Assembly (NCBI RefSeq): GCF_016432865.1
Contig: NC_067399.1
Location: 628,308,001 to 628,372,000, forward strand
Direction: 5' to 3'
Length of the DNA stretch: 64,000 nucleotides
Origin: Antechinus flavipes
Taxonomy: Eukaryota
Part shown: positions 1-10,463 of the stretch, in pieces
Numbering within the stretch: position 1 is the stretch's first letter
Layout: every line of letters begins with the position of its first letter
The notes under the pieces: generated by a model
What the model was told of the DNA's origin: nothing
The model's input: the letters and a program-made list of their open reading frames with translations, nothing else
Databases searched by the model: none
Position numbers and translations under genes: made by a program

Positions 1-2720
1 AGTCGTCCAACTAGTCAAGATTTACCAGCCTTAATGTGGTAATAGCCCTTTAGAACAAATACTAAAGTTTTGGCTATGTGGGAAGCACCTATTTTATGTG
101 AAGTGAAAGAAAAAAATTGTATATAAGAATACTAATTGTGATTCTTCTCAGAAAATATCAAATTTTAAAGCTCCTAATAACTTGATAAAGTGAGGATTTT
201 TTAATAAGACAAAAAAAGTTCCATTGTTAAAAATCTCACACAGCAAAGTAAACAGAACCAGCAAGGCACCGTTTAATTATCACATAATGCCACCAAAATA
301 CAAGTTGGTACACTTTGCTGTTATCTCTGTATTATTGCTTATAGATATAATAAAAAACCAGACACCTAAAACAAACTTTAATATTTTATTCAAGAGTTGA
401 CATATATAATTGTAATGTATCCTGTATTTGAGCATCCCCCCAACTTTTCATCGCCTGAGAAATTATAAAATCTTCCTTCTATTGCTCATCCACTAAGCCC
501 TGAGTGCTGTTTTCTGAAAATAGGCAGATGTATGGCCTTGTAGAGATCATTTCCTAAAATTGTATCTTAACATCTCTTGTATTGTTGTTATACTTGCCTT
601 CTTTTAGGAGAGAATTTGCATGTGTCATGTCAAATGTACCAGTTTCACAGCTAGTTTTCTTTACTCAGTGCTCTGATGAACATTCTCTAATGCTCTTGAC
701 ACTTCACAGAGTATTTAAAAAAAAATAATGTTAACCACTATTTCTTTTGAGCATTTCCAGAATTTGCTAAATTAATACCAATTAAAGCTTATTAGCGAAG
801 CAGTGCTAAAGATTGCTGCTCGTTCTCTTAAAAAGTCCAAACTTTTTAGAGGAGAACATAACTCAGCCACAGAAAATAGGAATTTTGTATTAACAAATTT
901 AACTTTGGTTTCTTCTTAATACATCATCAACCATGATAATTTGCATCTATCCTCTCTAGAAAAGTGGTGCAGACCTACACAGTCAAAGAAAAAGACAAAG
1001 ATCTAATCCGTTTTCACAAAAAGATAGCTGACACAAACATTTCTGAAGATTTTTTCCTGTCATCGAAGTGTATTTGTTCCAAGAAAGAGTTATTAAGTGA
1101 AGGATAAGTAGAAGTGGTACCAGTTTCAAGGACAATATATTTTGATGTGGATTGGCATTTATTTTCCCATTAAGGACTATGGGTAATAAATATATATGTA
1201 CATATAGGATCATTAATATATTATGTGATTCTTTGCATTCATGCTTGTAATAATGACAATTATTACAAATTGACATGTAGTAACAATTAATTTCCCCCTT
1301 GGGTTAATAGTGATTTGAAGTTGTCCTACAAGCAGGAAGTTTCTTAGACTTGTTTTCATAATTCCCAAAGTAGTTTTTTCTCTTGTTACAGCTCAAAGCA
1401 AAGGATATGAAACAATATTTTTTTTGTCTTAAAAGTGTCATATTGCCTTATATAGAATGGAGAAATTTATGCTTTTCCTTCTAATTTTTTGAGATAATAT
1501 ATTTGCCCAAATTCTGCTGATTTTAGGCAATTCATACAACTAGGTCTGGATCACATACCATATGCTGGCTTCTGAGTTTTAAAGGGAAGCCTTAGTTTCA
1601 GAGGATGCAGGAACTATTAATCTTTTGGTACAATCTCTTCTATAATTCTTATTTACATTCATAGTTTTCTGTTAATTCTTTAAGGCATCTTCTAGTTCAT
1701 TTTGCTGGGGGAACTCTGAAGTATAAAAGTTTTGCGATTTTCAAAAGTCAAAGGGAACTAATATATCAAGAACATCCAAGATTCCCCATACCTTTCCTCT
1801 GGGTCCTAAAAGAAACCAGGCAACATAAATGGGGCACTGATATCAGGAACAGCTATATCAGACACATTGATAACCACTACTCTTAAGTTGCCTTAGTTTT
1901 TATGTGTACTCTGGAGATGTGAGATGCACAAAAACATTCCATGTGGAAATAACAAGTCAATTGATAGCACATAACATTTGATATTTTCAACTGGTTTTTC
2001 TCAATTTCATTTATTGCTGAGAGGTTAATGAAAAGCTGATATAAAATTATCTCCAATTCATGGTCATTAGATAGGAAGATTTGAAAAGTCAACATTTAGT
2101 AGTCAAGCTTTACTGACATTAGGGGTGAAATCTCAACCTAGCCCTTGAATTCATTTGTGTTTATATATTTTACATGCTGTATATGTCTCTCTAATATGTC
2201 TCTCTAACACCATCTCACTCCCCCACCTGGGAAAAGGCAAAGAAAAAAAAAACATCACTACTTTTGTTTGCTCCCCAAATGACTAAATAAGGCAGATTAC
2301 AACTACTTTGTTTATTCCCCCAACTGAGGGTGGGAGGGGTTAAAAGTAGCCAGTTGAATGTCTGATAATTAGGAAGGTTTTAAACTAAAAACTTACACAT
2401 GAACATATGTATGTGTGTGTGTTTTGTTTTTGTTTTTTACATGTAATAAGTTTTTTTTCCAATGCTTTTCCTTAGTTGGCTAAACTGTGTATCAAGAAGC
2501 CAGTTGTGATGTCTTCAAGTGATTTTTTTTCCTGAGGCAATTGAGGGTTAAGTGACTTCAAATGATTTTTATAACTAAAACATTTCCCATTAGTCTCCAT
2601 TATGAAATCTATTATGTTTGGGTAATTTTTCATTTCTACGGTTTCATAAATTAAAACTCGATGTTTCAAACTAGAAATGTAAAAAAAGGAAGGTTGCAAT
2701 TTTTATGGTACATGATTTTT

Positions 2721-2726
2721 TTTATT
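2721..2726 (-). terminator. Distal RET polyadenylation signal AATAAA
   Basis: Plus-strand TTTATT, about 15-20 nt before a CATA/AAA end resembling the recalled human mRNA terminus. Confidence 0.7.
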
Positions 2727-3256
2727 TAAATGACTGAAATTGGTTTGATTACCAAAAAAAAAAAAAAAAATCAGCATAGTATAATTGCCTTTAGTAATGA
2801 GAATTCAAATCTTTTTTTCCCCAAATAACTGAGATTTTACTTGGTCCTTGGTAAGTTCTCCTGCACATATGTATATATAAATCATGACCCATATGCCTGG
2901 TAAATCCTAATATTTTCCCAGTTTAGGAACAGACATCAAGTGATGCATGAAGCCAGAGATAATATCCATCAACCAAGACATTCTGAAAACACTCCTTTTT
3001 CTTCTTTTCATAGGGGCTGGTCAACTTACTACAGTAATGCACCTTTACTGTGTAAGAACTTTTACTATTTAGAGAGTCTATCCTTACATTTTTCTATTTG
3101 ATAAAGCTATCATAAAACATAAAAAGCAAACATTTAGCCACAAAAGCTATTTAAAAGAGAACTGTCACAGTATACCTTCAAAATGTCATAAACTCAAGGC
3201 TCTGTAACATGACAAGTCAGATCTTCATTCCTTTCCAGTATACCATAAGAGTGGAA

Positions 3257-3258
<2 letters not shown>

Positions 3259-3316
<58 letters not shown>
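3259..3316. repeat. (AT)29 microsatellite inside the RET51 3'UTR
   Basis: Direct count. Confidence 0.95.
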
Positions 3317-3321
<5 letters not shown>

Positions 3322-4872
3322 CAATGCATACACTAGTTCTCTCAGTCAAACCAAAAAGCTAAAATAGTACTACTTTTTAATTTTTTTTATAAAATACAGT
3401 ATTCTTATGAAAACTATTTTAAATCCTATCACAGTGCTTGAAATCTAAAGACCAGGCAGTGTTTTGGCAACCCGACTCTCCTTTATGAAATGATAGATAT
3501 GAGCATACTGGTAACATATTGTGCTGACAACAAAATAATACCCACAGAGACTTACAAGTTAAACTACAACACATGAATCATGTTTTGAATAAATATGACT
3601 ATTCAGGAACACTGAATTATATAATAAGTTGCTTGTGAGTTCAAATACTTTTAAAAGAACAAAAATTCTTGCTACAGCAGCTTTAAATTACAAAACACAA
3701 GAAAAAAATAGTCCATCCATGTACCTTTTCATGGAAGCTCTATAAGAGCCAAAACATTCTCTGAACTCTACTGAAACTGTATGATCTCCTGTTCCAAGTT
3801 GTAGCATCTCTTCTTCATGGTTAATGCTATTTCTAACATAATTAGCTAGAATGCCTCCTATATAAAGAAGCTGGTAATAGAAACTGTTGGACAAACTAAA
3901 CTGAATGTGAGTCTAAGCTACTCATTAACTTGCAAGATGAACAATTTACTATAAGCTATGTTGATAGTGACGTTATGTATTGAAAGCATACAATGGGACT
4001 GGAAGCTGAAAAGGTCCCTTCTGCCATCCAGAATCACTGAGAGAAATCTCTGAAACATATTTAGTTGAAAATACTCAGTATTTTCTACACTGTTCTCATA
4101 GAAATAATTATGATTATGGAATTATGTAATAGTAGTAAGATGGATGTAATGGTAAATATGTTGTAGTTTTGTGAGCCCTCTTCACTTACATCAGTCTTTA
4201 TATATAGCATATCTGGTATCAAACTTCTCTCCATTGTGCTAAAAGTTAGAATAGTTTTAAATCTGGTAAAAACAATTTTTTTTGCTAAGAAAAGATAACA
4301 ACACCTTTGTAAAATAAATTTTCAGATCTCAAATGTTGAGATAATTCTGTACTGAGATTTCCTGCTCTCTCTTTACCCCATGACAGGGTTTCATTATAGC
4401 ATCAAGCTTTTGCTAACCTTCTGATTTTCAAACAGGTGCAATTAATTTGGAACAATATTTTTATGATTTTTTTGTGCTTCATGCTTTTGTGTTGCCTTGT
4501 TTCACAGCAACCAAAAAAATTAGTGGTTTAGGTAAAACTATTATTATATACTAATACCATTTTCTGTGAATAACTAACCTGAAAAATTGAAAGCATGAAG
4601 TGTTCATTAGGTAGTGATCAGATACCAAACTGGAACTTTCTGTTGAGTGGGGGAAGGAGGAGTAAAAAAAAGAGTTAATAAAATACTGGAATTAGAATTC
4701 TCATCCAGTTTGATATGTTTTCCAAGATGGGGGAATCATTAGTAATTTTAAGTAAAGCCATTTTAAAAAAGTTAAAACAAACTACCAAAAATGAGTTTGC
4801 TATTCTAGAAATTAATGTTGGCTTAACCAGTTTAAATTGCACAAAGAACGAGCCAGTGGACTTTCCATTCTT

Positions 4873-5004
4873 NNNNNNNNNNNNNNNNNNNNNNNNNNNN
4901 NNNNNNNNNNNNNNNNNNNNNNNNNNNNNNNNNNNNNNNNNNNNNNNNNNNNNNNNNNNNNNNNNNNNNNNNNNNNNNNNNNNNNNNNNNNNNNNNNNNN
5001 NNNN
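4873..5004. other. Assembly gap (132 N) over the end of RET51 exon 20
   Basis: Run of Ns. Confidence 1.
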
Positions 5005-5078
5005 AAACACAGAGTTAGTGCCATCGAATCTTGTGAGTGGGACAGGACTCTCCTCAGGCCAGTTCGGGTATGACATGC
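5005..5078 (-). CDS. RET: RET exon 20 (RET51 tail), visible part; the rest lies in the N gap
   Basis: ..ttttcatttttAG acceptor at 5079-5080; (G)[24 protein letters not shown] then Ns. Stop expected near 4921 if the tail is as long as in human. Confidence 0.95.
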
Positions 5079-5103
5079 CTAAAAATGAAAACAGATAATT
5101 TTT

Positions 5104-5136
5104 TCTGCACTGAAGAACCAAAACTTCATGTGCAGA
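5104..5136 (-). promoter_or_regulatory. Predicted 12-bp hairpin just upstream of the exon-20 polypyrimidine tract
   Basis: UCUGCAC-A-UGAAG [UUUUGGUU] CUUCA-GUGCAGA: 7 bp, 1-nt bulge, 5 bp, 8-nt loop. Confidence 0.7.
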
Positions 5137-5161
5137 CAGTAAGGCCCTTGGCAAAACTCCC
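5134..5161 (-). promoter_or_regulatory. 3' arm of predicted long-range intron-19 RNA duplex; contains branch-point-like CUUAC (A at 5140)
   Basis: GGGAGUUUUGCCAAGGGCCUUACUGUCU is complementary to 5769-5800 (27 pairs counted by hand). Confidence 0.7.
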
Positions 5162-5768
5162 TTTGTTGTTAAAACAAAACTTGTAACTTTTGCACCAAAT
5201 ACATGGTGCATATTCTGTTTCCAGGTTTTTGATACATAAATTACATTAATGGGTAAAAAAAAAATTAAAAGTTTTCTTGATAAAATTACCTTTTAAGGAA
5301 CTACCAGCTTGGGCTTTTATAAGCTTCCCAATATCAAAACATATTTTGATAGCAGCAAAAAGGAAAACAGCATAATGCTGTCCCAAACAGGTCGTTGCAA
5401 CCAAAAGATTTTAAGATTTTTGTTTGTTGGTTGTTTTGTTTGCTTGTTTGTTTGCTTTTTTGGTGGTGGTTGTTGTTACAGAAAATACTTTAAGCCAAAA
5501 TAAGCCTACTTAGCAATCATCATGGAACCAGGTACTTCTGCTTATTCCACAAGGGATAAGGACCAAATCTCTAAGAGAAGCATGCATGCCTGCAAGATAC
5601 TACATCTAGAATCCACACTAAATCCAGTCATTTACAAATCATAGATTCAATGTCCTAAAAAATGGAAAATCCTCAATTAAGAAAAAATTCTACTTCTTTT
5701 TTTTTAAATTACAAAATTACAAGACAAAAAATATAATCTTTTGAACATCTAATCAGGAGGCAAAAAGT

Positions 5769-5800
5769 AGGAGTTTTGGCAAGAACCATATTTACTGTCC
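5769..5800 (-). promoter_or_regulatory. 5' arm of predicted long-range intron-19 RNA duplex (within RET9 3'UTR)
   Basis: GGACAGUAAAUAUGGUUCUUGCCAAAACUCCU; pairs with 5134-5161. Confidence 0.7.
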
Positions 5801-6603
5801 ATCTCACTACCACAATATGCTAGAATATTTTTCTTTCAAAATACCTGCTACAGCTTTTTATGATGGTATCATAATGCTATGTAGGAACACAAAGGATGTG
5901 AAAACAGTGGACTGCTTTTACTTTCCAGAGTTGCCATCACTGCATTATTTTTGAAGGCTCTAGGAGCAGCACTCACTTTTTTCTGCTGTCTAGACAGGCT
6001 AACTTAAATTAAGATCCCATCTCAAGTTAAGCACATATCTTTGCTCATTAAACCTCTCACTTGTATACAAGAGTAGAGATTAAGCATTTATATTGTATGA
6101 GACAAGACTGTTCAAATATATTGGGACCCATTCCCAAATTGAGCTAAATCATTTTCATTTTTTTCCCCAAAGCAAATGCTTACCAAAATCTAGTTGATTT
6201 GCCCAAGCAGTTAAATTACAGGTATATTAATCTGATATAATGTATCCCATTTTCCCACCCCATCCCCCCAAAGTGTACACTTTGATTTGTTAACCACATT
6301 TAAAACCTCCCCTGAGAATACTTCCCTGATCTATTTTTCTCTTTTTATCATATCTATTTGGTAATTTTTACTTATTTTCATATCCCTTTTCTTTTTAAAC
6401 AGAGTTGCAAAATGCCTGAAATATAAACCTAATGCAAAGTTTAACATTTACAAACAAAAAAAAAAAAAAAAAAAAAAAGCTTTCCAAGCAAACTTTGATT
6501 TCATTCAAACCAGAAACACTCTTTAAAGGGATACAGAGTGTGAGGACAGTGCAGAAGGAAAAAAAAATCAGGAGTGGGTGAATGGGTGTGTGTATGTGTG
6601 TTG

Positions 6604-6783
<180 letters not shown>

Positions 6784-7551
6784 CTAACAAAATGGAGGTA
6801 AAAATGAAAAAGTCAGGTCAAGGAAAAGGAAACAATGTTAAGCATAGTCTTTCCCAAAGACATCAGGTAGAAGAGTAAATAATGAAACAATCTAGGATAT
6901 TTTCTACATGACCTCTTTTACAAGTATTTCAGTCACCAAAGTAAGAATGGGAAGTACCTTAGAACACATGCTTCCTTAAATCACTCATATTTTATTGTGT
7001 TCCCAATAACTATATAATAGTATTATATGTGTGTGTATTTCCTAAAAGGATATTATAATATAATAGATATATCTATATATTATATAAAATATTGTTATAT
7101 ATAATTATAATAGATAAAATAATATAATAGATGTGAAAAAATTCACCAGATATATTTGATACTTAACTTTCCTTTAAAAAAAATCCTGTTACTACAATGT
7201 CCCACTGGTGTTTTAAAACATTTAATAATAAAGAATTTTCTAAACTGCTATCCTATTCTTCACCATTAGAAAGAAGTTCTTTCTCTCCTTTTCTTTAGAT
7301 TTTCAGTGCATTATAGAGTGCTTAGCACATAGTAGGCATCTAATAAATTCTTGTTATTAGTTGAATACTGTGCAATTTCACTATGGATGGAGCTCTTCAA
7401 GCCCAGTGGAAAGTAAGTTCAAATAATAGGCCCAACAAAATCCTGAAAAGGTTTCAAATACTGGTTGCGAAATGGTGTGTGTCTTTATCAACTAAGGACC
7501 AGTCTAATAAATTTCAGGGACTCTCATTACTAAAATTAGACCAGTTAGGGA

Positions 7552-7857
7552 TTTTTTGTTTTGTTTTGTTTTTTTCAGACTGGGTCTATCTTCTTCAGGA
7601 TGGAAGTATAGCACTTACTCATTGACCTGTTCTTGATACTGATTGATCAAGAAGCTTTAACTTGCTCTGCTTTTCTGCTCTGAGACAATTCTCTTTTACC
7701 TTAGGCAGCCCTTTGGACCTCTCCTTAAGAGTGGCCTCATAATGGTGCCAGATTTAGCAGAGTTTTAACCCTACTGTAGCTCAGGACTCTGGAATTCAAG
7801 TGACCTACCTGCCTCAGCCTTTGTAACAGGGACTACCAGTACGGCACCACTCCTGGC
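7552..7857 (-). pseudogene. Full-length 7SL (SRP) RNA retrocopy in intron 18
   Basis: Minus strand GCCAGGAGTGGTGCC..GTAGTCCC..AGGCTGAGGC..CACTTGA..GCCTAAGG..GAGCAAGTTAAAGCT..ATCAGTA..AGACCCAGTCT plus A-rich tail; collinear with the Alu and S domains of 7SL. Confidence 0.85.
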
Positions 7858-8332
7858 TGAGATAATATATTTTAGACACTTTGCCTTTACTCAAGCCAAG
7901 AAGCAACAAAATATCTAAAACTTGCTCTATCTTTTCCAATCACACCAAAGCTGATTCAATTAGTTTTCTTTTTCTTTCTTTCTTTCTTTTTTTTTTTTTT
8001 TTTGGGGGGGGGCTTACAGTTGTTTGCTAGTAGTCATTCTTGGTGCTTGATTAAAACATCTGACTAGTATTTGAATATTTGAGAGATACTACTGGGCATC
8101 ATGACTTTGATCCAGAGAAACTACACTTTGCAATATATGTACAAAACAGGACTTTCTCAATGACCAAGGTACAGGAATCATTTGTTGATTAAAGCAGCAA
8201 ATTTCTCACCGCTGAATTTGAAATTCCTGGCTAGAGAGTATCTTATATGGTAACAGATCATTCAGAACGAGGAATCCTTATCTATCTAAATCAACCTAGA
8301 AAAAGAGAAGCCAAAAACCTAAGTAAACTTAC

Positions 8333-8432
8333 CCTACTCTTCACCATCATCTTCTCTAGGTCTTTGCTGATCTCCCCAAATGTTGGCCTCTTATCTGGTT
8401 CCTGCTTCCAGCAGTGCAACATCAGATTGTAC
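8333..8432 (-). CDS. RET: RET exon 18 (100 nt), end of kinase domain
   Basis: gcAG/GTAAG; [33 protein letters not shown]. Confidence 0.98.
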
Positions 8433-9573
8433 CTGCAAGAGACAGAGCAAATCAATGGGAGCAAGAGGATGACTTTGGACTGATTTCTTAGTCACCATAT
8501 CCAGAGATAAAAATTTTCAAATATTTTAACTTTTACAATCATTCATTTTCAGGTATATTCTTTATTTTGATCTAGGCAACATGGTATAGTAGATAGAGTA
8601 CTAGATATAAAATCAAGTACATCTTGATTCAAATGCATCTACTTGCTACTTATGAGACAATGATTTTGTCACTTTATCTCACTTGACCTCAGTTTCCTCA
8701 TCTGAAAAATGAAAAGATTAAACTCAATGGCCTCTAATGTTCCTTCCAGCTTTAAAATGAACATACATTAGCATAGGCAATTCTTCAAAGAGGAAACTCC
8801 CTCTACCAATGTTTGCTTGGAAAGTTATAGTTTTTCTGACTTAGAAGCCAGCTTCCTATTCACTCAACCATTTATTATAAACTGAATGACTATTTTAAAA
8901 ACCATTAAGGTTCAGTATCTGGGGCACCAATGGATGCATGCTCAGCAGCAGACTTTTGGATGAGCCATGTGAAATTGTCCATTGGTATTTATTTATAGGT
9001 TCTTTATAAGCACAAAATGCCAGTTTAGCTCTAGCATGCCATTTTGAAGTTTGATATCATTTTTGGATTTTGATAGAACATTATGAAACCCCTCTCTAGT
9101 CGTTTACTGAATGATTTTTTTTTACTTCAATGCAAAATACCCATAAGATATTGGCCAAAGGACATACATTAAATATGATATACAAATGTCAGGTAAGTAA
9201 AAAGCTCCTACTTTGAGAACAAAAGTAGCTGAGAGGTTGGCAGCTGAAGGGGCATAAAATCTGTACCTTAAATATATTAATTTTTTTCTTTTACATTTGT
9301 TTGCTAAGCAGCCTTCTTTGGGTGTTAGGTTAAAATGTCTGGCTGGCTCTTGAATATTCAAATGATACTACTGGGTATCATGACCTTGTCACAGAGAAAC
9401 CACAGTCTGCAATATGTGTGCAAAATAGGAAATGCTCAGTCACCAAGGTATAAAAGCTACTTAGTAATTAATCAGATCAGCATAATGACATCTGCTAATT
9501 GTTTCATGTAACAGTTTACTTCTTCCTTGAAAATCCCAGAATTTAAATACATGAATAAAATCAATTATACTTA

Positions 9574-9732
<159 letters not shown>

Positions 9733-9931
9733 TTAAAGTGATTCAAATAGCCAGGAATACTGTAAATAATCTTATACTTTTTATAGAGCATGGATGCATA
9801 CCCTTTCCAAAGCTCTCAAACTAAATACATCTAGCCTTTAAGAAGACTTCATCTACAATAACAGATATGTACACATCCACGTTTTATCAATCACGAAGAT
9901 ATAGTCAGTATTTCTTTAAAATTTCTGTCCT

Positions 9932-10463
9932 GGAATATTAAGAAATGACCAGCAGGATGAATACAGAGAGGACTGGCGAGACTTACATGAACTGATGCTA
10001 AGTGAAATGAGTAGAACTAGGAGATCATTATACACTTCAACAACGATATTGTATGAGGACATATTTTGATGGAAGTGGATTTCTTTGACAAAGAGACCTG
10101 AGTTTCAATTGATAAATGACAGACAGAAGCAGCTACACCCAAAGAAAGAACACTGGGAAACGAATGTGAACTATCTGCATTTTTGTTTTTCTTCCCGAGT
10201 TATTTATACCTTCTGAATCCAATTCTCCCTGTGCAACAAGAGAACTGTTCGGTTCTGCAAACATATATTGTATCTAGGATATACTGCAACATATCCAACA
10301 TATATAGGACTGCTTGCCATCTAGGGGAGGGGGTGGAGGGAGGGAAGGGAAAAATTGGAACAGAAATGAGTGCAAGGGATAATGATGTAAAAAAATTACC
10401 CTGGCATGGATTCTGTCAATATAAAGTAATTATTAAATAAAAATTAAAAAAATAAAATAAAAT
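9932..10463 (+). mobile_element. 5'-truncated young L1 3' end in intron 16, antisense to RET
   Basis: TSD AAAATTTCTGTCCT at 9918-9931 and 10464-10477 at a TT/AAAA endonuclease site; A-rich tail; about 97% identical by eye to the 3' end of the full-length L1. Confidence 0.95.

Larger units (their letters stand above)
2701..4872 (-). other. RET: Long RET51 3'UTR (visible part)
   Basis: Several blocks resemble the human RET 3'UTR as I recall it: AGAATGGAAAGTC, TTTTTGGTAGTTTGTTTTAACTT, GGCTCTTATAGAGC, ATACTGTATTTTATA and terminal AAATAAAA..ATCATGTAYCATAAAA. Confidence 0.75.

Noticed and set aside
1-2700. Downstream gene or exons (e.g. ORF 983-1276)
   Set aside because: AT-rich intergenic sequence with short low-complexity ORFs and no convincing exon structure.
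4675-5211. 178-aa minus-strand ORF and three other ORFs spanning the first N gap
   Set aside because: Artefacts of translating through Ns; only 5005-5078 is RET exon 20, and the flanks are intron 19 and 3'UTR.
6456-6478. 23-nt A-run as a retroposon tail
   Set aside because: It lies within sequence collinear with the RET9 3'UTR, has no element body or TSD, and is an expanded U-tract on the transcript strand.
8050-8190. H/ACA snoRNA reading of the intron 17/18 duplicate (AGAGAA and ACA/ATA boxes)
   Set aside because: The shared boxes are on the strand antisense to RET and the hairpins are weak; sense-strand boxes are not consistent in both copies. Kept only as a hypothesis to test.
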